This document shows, one piece after another, positions 59,966 through 64,000 of a stretch of 64,000 nt of DNA; the first letter of the stretch is position 1, and each line of letters opens with the position of its first letter. The stretch is from an uncultured Patescibacteria group bacterium. GTDB lineage: Bacteria; Patescibacteriota; Patescibacteriia; UBA2591; CALHIP01. Both the position numbers and the translations under genes were made by a program. The notes beneath the pieces were generated by a model. It did not search any database. It saw only the letters and a list, made by a program, of their open reading frames with translations, and had not been told where the DNA came from. The stretch covers positions 13,180 through 77,179 of the forward strand of contig CALHIP010000007.1 of the NCBI GenBank assembly GCA_938030745.1, read 5' to 3'.

Positions 59966-59989
59966 AATTTTTTAAAATAAAAAAAATTA

Positions 59990-62900
59990 TTATTTTTTTC
60001 GCTTTTTTTCTTCATCTTTGATTAATTCAACATTTAAACAAAGACCCTTTAGTTCTCTTATTAAAATTTGAAAAGATTCTGGAACAAAAACCTCTTTGAT
60101 TGGTTCGCCTTTAATAATTGATTCATAAGCTCTAGTTCGACCATAAACATCATCTGATTTAATAGTCAGCATTTCTTGCAAAGTATGGGCAGCACCATAA
60201 GCTTCTAAAGCCCAGACTTCCATTTCACCAAATCTTTGGCCACCAAATTGAGCTTTGCCACCAAGAGGTTGTTGGGTAATTAATGAATAAGGACCGATTG
60301 ATCGTTGATGAATTTTATCTTCAACTAAGTGATTCAATTTCATCATATAGATATAGCCAACTGTGACTTCTTCTTCAAAAGGTTGGCCAGTTCGACCATC
60401 ATAAAGTTTTATTTTCCCATTTTTTGGGAAATTTATTTTTCCTAGTTCTTCTTTGATTTCTTCAATTTTTATTCCATCTAAAGCAGGACTAGCTACTTTA
60501 TAATTTAAAGTTTTAGCTGCCATACCAAGATGAGTTTCAAAAATCTGACCCAGGTTCATTCTTGAGGCAATTCCTAAAGGATTAAGAATAATATCAATTG
60601 TCCTACCATCTTCTAAAAATGGCATATCTTCTTCTGGAATAATTTTAGAAACTACTCCTTTATTACCATGCCGACCAGCCAATTTATCACCGGCCTGAAT
60701 TTTCCTTAAGTCAGCAACTTTAACACAGATAGATTTTATTACTCTAGGCGGAAGTTTATCTCCTTGCTCTCGAGAAAGAATTTTTACATCTATAACCTTA
60801 CCCCTTTCTCCATGTTCTAGATAAAGAGATGTGTCGCGGACATCTTTTGCTTTTTCACCAAAGATTGCTCGAAGCAATTTTTCTTCAGCTGTCAAAGCAA
60901 CTTCTCCTTTAGGTGTAATTTTACCAACTAAAATATCGCCTGATTTTACTTCAGCACCAATTCTGACAATTCCACTGCTATCAAGATCTTTAAGTTTTAA
61001 TTCAGAAACATTTGGAATATCTCTTGTTGTTACTTCTGGACCAAGTTTTGTTTCTCTGACATCTATTGTATGTTCATCAATATGGATTGAGGAAAAAACA
61101 TCTTCTTTAATTAATCTTGAAGAAATTAAAATTGCATCTTCATAATTTCCACCCTCCCAAGACATAAAAGCAACCAAAAGATTCCTTCCTAAAGCAAGTT
61201 CGCCATTTTCCATAGCTGGTCCATCAACTAATACTTCTCCCTTTTTTACTTTTTGTCCCTTTTCAACTCTTACTCTTTGGTTAAGACAAGTATCAGCATT
61301 AGAACGCTCAAACTTTCGTAATTGGTAGGTAAAGACTTTATTTTTTTTGGTTCTAAATTTTAAATAAGAGGCACTAACCTCTTCAACTTTTCCGTCATCG
61401 GGAGCAACAATTAGATATCCAGAATTTTCAGCGACTTTTTTCTCAAATCCAGTACCAACTAAAGGAGCTTCAGGATTAATTAAAGGAACAGCCTGCCTTT
61501 GCATGTTAGCACCCATTAAAGCTCTAATTGCATCATTGTGTTCTAAAAAAGGAATCAAACTGGCACTTACGCTTAAGATCTGTTGAGGAGCTACATCAAC
61601 GAAGTCAATATCGTGAAGAGAAGCAAGACCAGGTTCTCCTTTAATTCTTGCTTCGATTCTTCCTTTCTCAATAAAATAGCCATGAGAATCAATTTTTACT
61701 GAAGCTGGTGCAATGTTGTATTTTTCTTCTTCAAAAGCATCAAGATAAACAATTTCATTAGTTACCTTTGGTCCTTTTGCTGTTTTTATTACTTTTCGAT
61801 ATGGTGTTTCAATAAAACCAAATTGGTTTAGCCTTGAATAGCAAGCGAAATAACCGACTAAACCAACATTTTGTCCTTCTGGCGTAGCGATAGGGCAGAT
61901 TCGACCATAATAAGTTGGATGAACATCTCTTATTTCAAGACCAGCTCTTTCTCTAGTTAAACCGCCAGGTCCGATCATTGTTAATCTTCTTTTATGTTCG
62001 AGTTCAGATAAAGGATTTGTCTGATCCATAAACTGGGAAAGTTGAGAAAGTAAGAAAAATTCACGGATAACAGAAATAACTGGTTGAGGATTAATTAATT
62101 GGGTTGGAGTAACTGTTGTTTGATCTAAAGTACTCATTCTATCTTTGATCACCCTTTCTAATCTCATTAGGCCAACCCTCATTCTCGATTGAACTAATTC
62201 ACCAACTGCTTTTATTCTTCTGTTACCTAAATGATCAATATCATCAGGTATTTTTTGGGTTTTATTTAGATTAATAATTTCTCTAAAAATAGAAATAATA
62301 TCTTCTTTTTGTAAAACCATAAATTTCCTTTCTGTTAAAGGAAAATTTAAATTAAGTCGCTGATTCATTTTATATCGACCAGCTGGAGATAAGTTATATC
62401 TGTCAGGATTAAAAAACATATTAGAAATTAAATATTTGGCATTATCAATTGTCGCTAATTCACCCGGCCTAATTTTTCGATAAACCTCTAGAAACCCTTC
62501 TTCTTCAGAAGATGTTGGATCTTTAGCTAAAGTTTTTTCAAGGTAGTCTTTTTCCTCCTCATCAAAATCTTTAAACAAATTAATAATTCCTTCATTATTC
62601 AAACCAAAAATTTTCAAAAAAGCAGTTGAGATAACTTTTCTTTGACGATTGATTCTTACCCAAATGCTTTTATCATAAGCAGTTTCAAATTCAAGCCAAG
62701 CACCTCGGTCAGGAATAATTTTTGCTCCATAATAATTTTTTCCACCAATATTTTCAGCAGTAAAAAATACACCAGCTGAGCGAACTAATTGATTAATAAT
62801 AACCCTTTCAATTCCATTAATAATAAAAGTCCCCCTTTCAGTCATAAGGGGGATATCACCTAAATAAATTTCTTGTTCAATCTTTTTACCAGTTTTTTTA

Positions 62901-63166
62901 TTAATTAATCTTGTTTTTACTTTAAGAGCTGATTCATAGTTTAGATTTCTTTCTTTTGCTGTTTTCTCATCAAACTTAGGTTTATCTAGATAATAATCCA
63001 AAAAATATAACTCTAATTCTCGACCCATATAATCTTGAATTGGCGATATCTCTTTAAATAATTCGCCAATTCCTTCTTTCAGAAACCAATCATAAGATTT
63101 CTTCTGAATTTCAATTAAATCTGCTTCAGGATAAACTCTCTCTAATTTTTTAAAAAATTTTCTCAT
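59990..63166 (-). CDS. rpoB: RNA polymerase beta subunit
   Basis: SQFMDQ, GANMQRQAV, GRHGNKG, GGQRFGEMEVWA; start at ATG 63166. Confidence 0.99.
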   Translation of the reverse strand: MRKFFKKLERVYPEADLIEIQKKSYDWFLKEGIGELFKEISPIQDYMGRELELYFLDYYLDKPKFDEKTAKERNLNYESALKVKTRLINKKTGKKIEQEIYLGDIPLMTERGTFIINGIERVIINQLVRSAGVFFTAENIGGKNYYGAKIIPDRGAWLEFETAYDKSIWVRINRQRKVISTAFLKIFGLNNEGIINLFKDFDEEEKDYLEKTLAKDPTSSEEEGFLEVYRKIRPGELATIDNAKYLISNMFFNPDRYNLSPAGRYKMNQRLNLNFPLTERKFMVLQKEDIISIFREIINLNKTQKIPDDIDHLGNRRIKAVGELVQSRMRVGLMRLERVIKDRMSTLDQTTVTPTQLINPQPVISVIREFFLLSQLSQFMDQTNPLSELEHKRRLTMIGPGGLTRERAGLEIRDVHPTYYGRICPIATPEGQNVGLVGYFACYSRLNQFGFIETPYRKVIKTAKGPKVTNEIVYLDAFEEEKYNIAPASVKIDSHGYFIEKGRIEARIKGEPGLASLHDIDFVDVAPQQILSVSASLIPFLEHNDAIRALMGANMQRQAVPLINPEAPLVGTGFEKKVAENSGYLIVAPDDGKVEEVSASYLKFRTKKNKVFTYQLRKFERSNADTCLNQRVRVEKGQKVKKGEVLVDGPAMENGELALGRNLLVAFMSWEGGNYEDAILISSRLIKEDVFSSIHIDEHTIDVRETKLGPEVTTRDIPNVSELKLKDLDSSGIVRIGAEVKSGDILVGKITPKGEVALTAEEKLLRAIFGEKAKDVRDTSLYLEHGERGKVIDVKILSREQGDKLPPRVIKSICVKVADLRKIQAGDKLAGRHGNKGVVSKIIPEEDMPFLEDGRTIDIILNPLGIASRMNLGQIFETHLGMAAKTLNYKVASPALDGIKIEEIKEELGKINFPKNGKIKLYDGRTGQPFEEEVTVGYIYMMKLNHLVEDKIHQRSIGPYSLITQQPLGGKAQFGGQRFGEMEVWALEAYGAAHTLQEMLTIKSDDVYGRTRAYESIIKGEPIKEVFVPESFQILIRELKGLCLNVELIKDEEKKRKK

Positions 63167-63172
63167 AATTTT

Positions 63173-63209
63173 AAAAAACAAAGATTTCCCCTTTTAAAAA
63201 AGGAAACCT
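63173..63209 (-). terminator. Terminator-like hairpin in rpoB leader
   Basis: Minus strand AGGTTTCCTTTT-TTAA-AAGGGGAAATCT then TTGTTTTTT, immediately before the start codon. Confidence 0.6.
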
Positions 63210-63314
63210 AAATTTTAATAAATTTAATAAATTCTATCTTCAAATTTTTTCCTTAATTTAAGCCAATTTGGCTCTAGTAAGGTTCTTCAAATCCTTACCG
63301 CTCTATCAATTTTA

Positions 63315-63359
63315 ATTATAAAATTATTTTATAAAAAGTCAATATAAAGCTGTGGATAA
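63315..63359 (-). promoter_or_regulatory. rpoBC promoter with upstream DnaA box
   Basis: TTATCCACA-8-TTGACT-16-TATAAT. Confidence 0.82.
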
Positions 63360-64000
63360 ATTATTAAGTTCTTCTTTAACTACCTTTCGATCATCCCAAG
63401 GAATTTTTTTATTATTTTTTACAACAATTGCTTGTTCACAACCTTTACCAGTGATTAAAACTATATCATTTACTTGAGCTAAACTTAATGCCTTTTTAAT
63501 TGCCTCGCGTCTATCTAAAATTTCATATAAATTTTGAATTTTAAATTTTGAATTTTTAATTCCAGATTTTATTTCAGATAAAATCTGATAAGGATCTTCA
63601 TCATAAGGGTCTTCGTTAGTTAAAATGATATAATCACAATTCTTTCCTGCTAATTCTCCTAAAACTGGCCTTCTCCATTTATCTCGGCCTCCACCAGCTG
63701 AACCAAAAACATGAATGACTTTTTGATGGGGAATCATTTTGATAGTTTCATAAAGAGCTTCTATTGCTCTTGGTTCAAAAGCATAGTCAACAATTACTTT
63801 AAATGGTTGACCTTGATCAATAAATTCAAGTCGGCCAGGAATTTCTTTAACTGAAGCTAAACCTTCAGCTATTTTTTTAAAACCTAATTCTTGAGAAAGA
63901 CAAACAGTAATAGAAGCTAAAATATTATAGAGATTATGTTGGCCAATCAAATTGGTTTTAAATTCTAAATCATTAATTTTAAATCTTGAACCATTTTGAG
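63339..64000 (-). CDS. murE: Mur ligase, MurE-like (3' part only)
   Basis: GQHNLYN, PGRLE, VDYA, GGGRD, EDPYDED, DRREAI, TGKG. Confidence 0.88.
   Translation of the reverse strand, partial: QNGSRFKINDLEFKTNLIGQHNLYNILASITVCLSQELGFKKIAEGLASVKEIPGRLEFIDQGQPFKVIVDYAFEPRAIEALYETIKMIPHQKVIHVFGSAGGGRDKWRRPVLGELAGKNCDYIILTNEDPYDEDPYQILSEIKSGIKNSKFKIQNLYEILDRREAIKKALSLAQVNDIVLITGKGCEQAIVVKNNKKIPWDDRKVVKEELNNLSTALY

Overview
AT-rich chromosomal segment of a bacterium. It is most likely Patescibacteria/CPR (inference from the rpmF-nusB-rnc-smc order, PilB/PilT, an unlinked 23S-5S pair, the QRR-type EF-P loop and near-absence of Shine-Dalgarno sites), and it uses genetic code 11. The region is origin-proximal (dnaA, phased DnaA boxes, a perfect parS). 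It carries housekeeping genes (tyrS, valS, tsaD/E, rpoBC, ftsK, hup, rpsF-ssb-rpsR, efp), six CCA-less tRNAs, an intron-free 23S plus 5S rRNA without 16S, an archaeal-flavoured RNA-repair/accessory block (archease, RtcB, RtcA, DUF763, AMMECR1-like, EndoQ) and a decayed IS1595. The most striking unannotated signal is a leader-peptide attenuator in front of the 23S-5S rRNA genes: a short uORF whose 3' end can form an antiterminator that excludes an intrinsic terminator. The same architecture recurs before a small Lys-rich orphan gene and, more weakly, before rpoBC. The promoters of 23S, rpoBC and hup each have a DnaA box 6-8 bp upstream of the -35. Several families of short repeats also occur, including in-frame 7-nt arrays inside core proteins. 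All calls come from manual reading; no searches were run.
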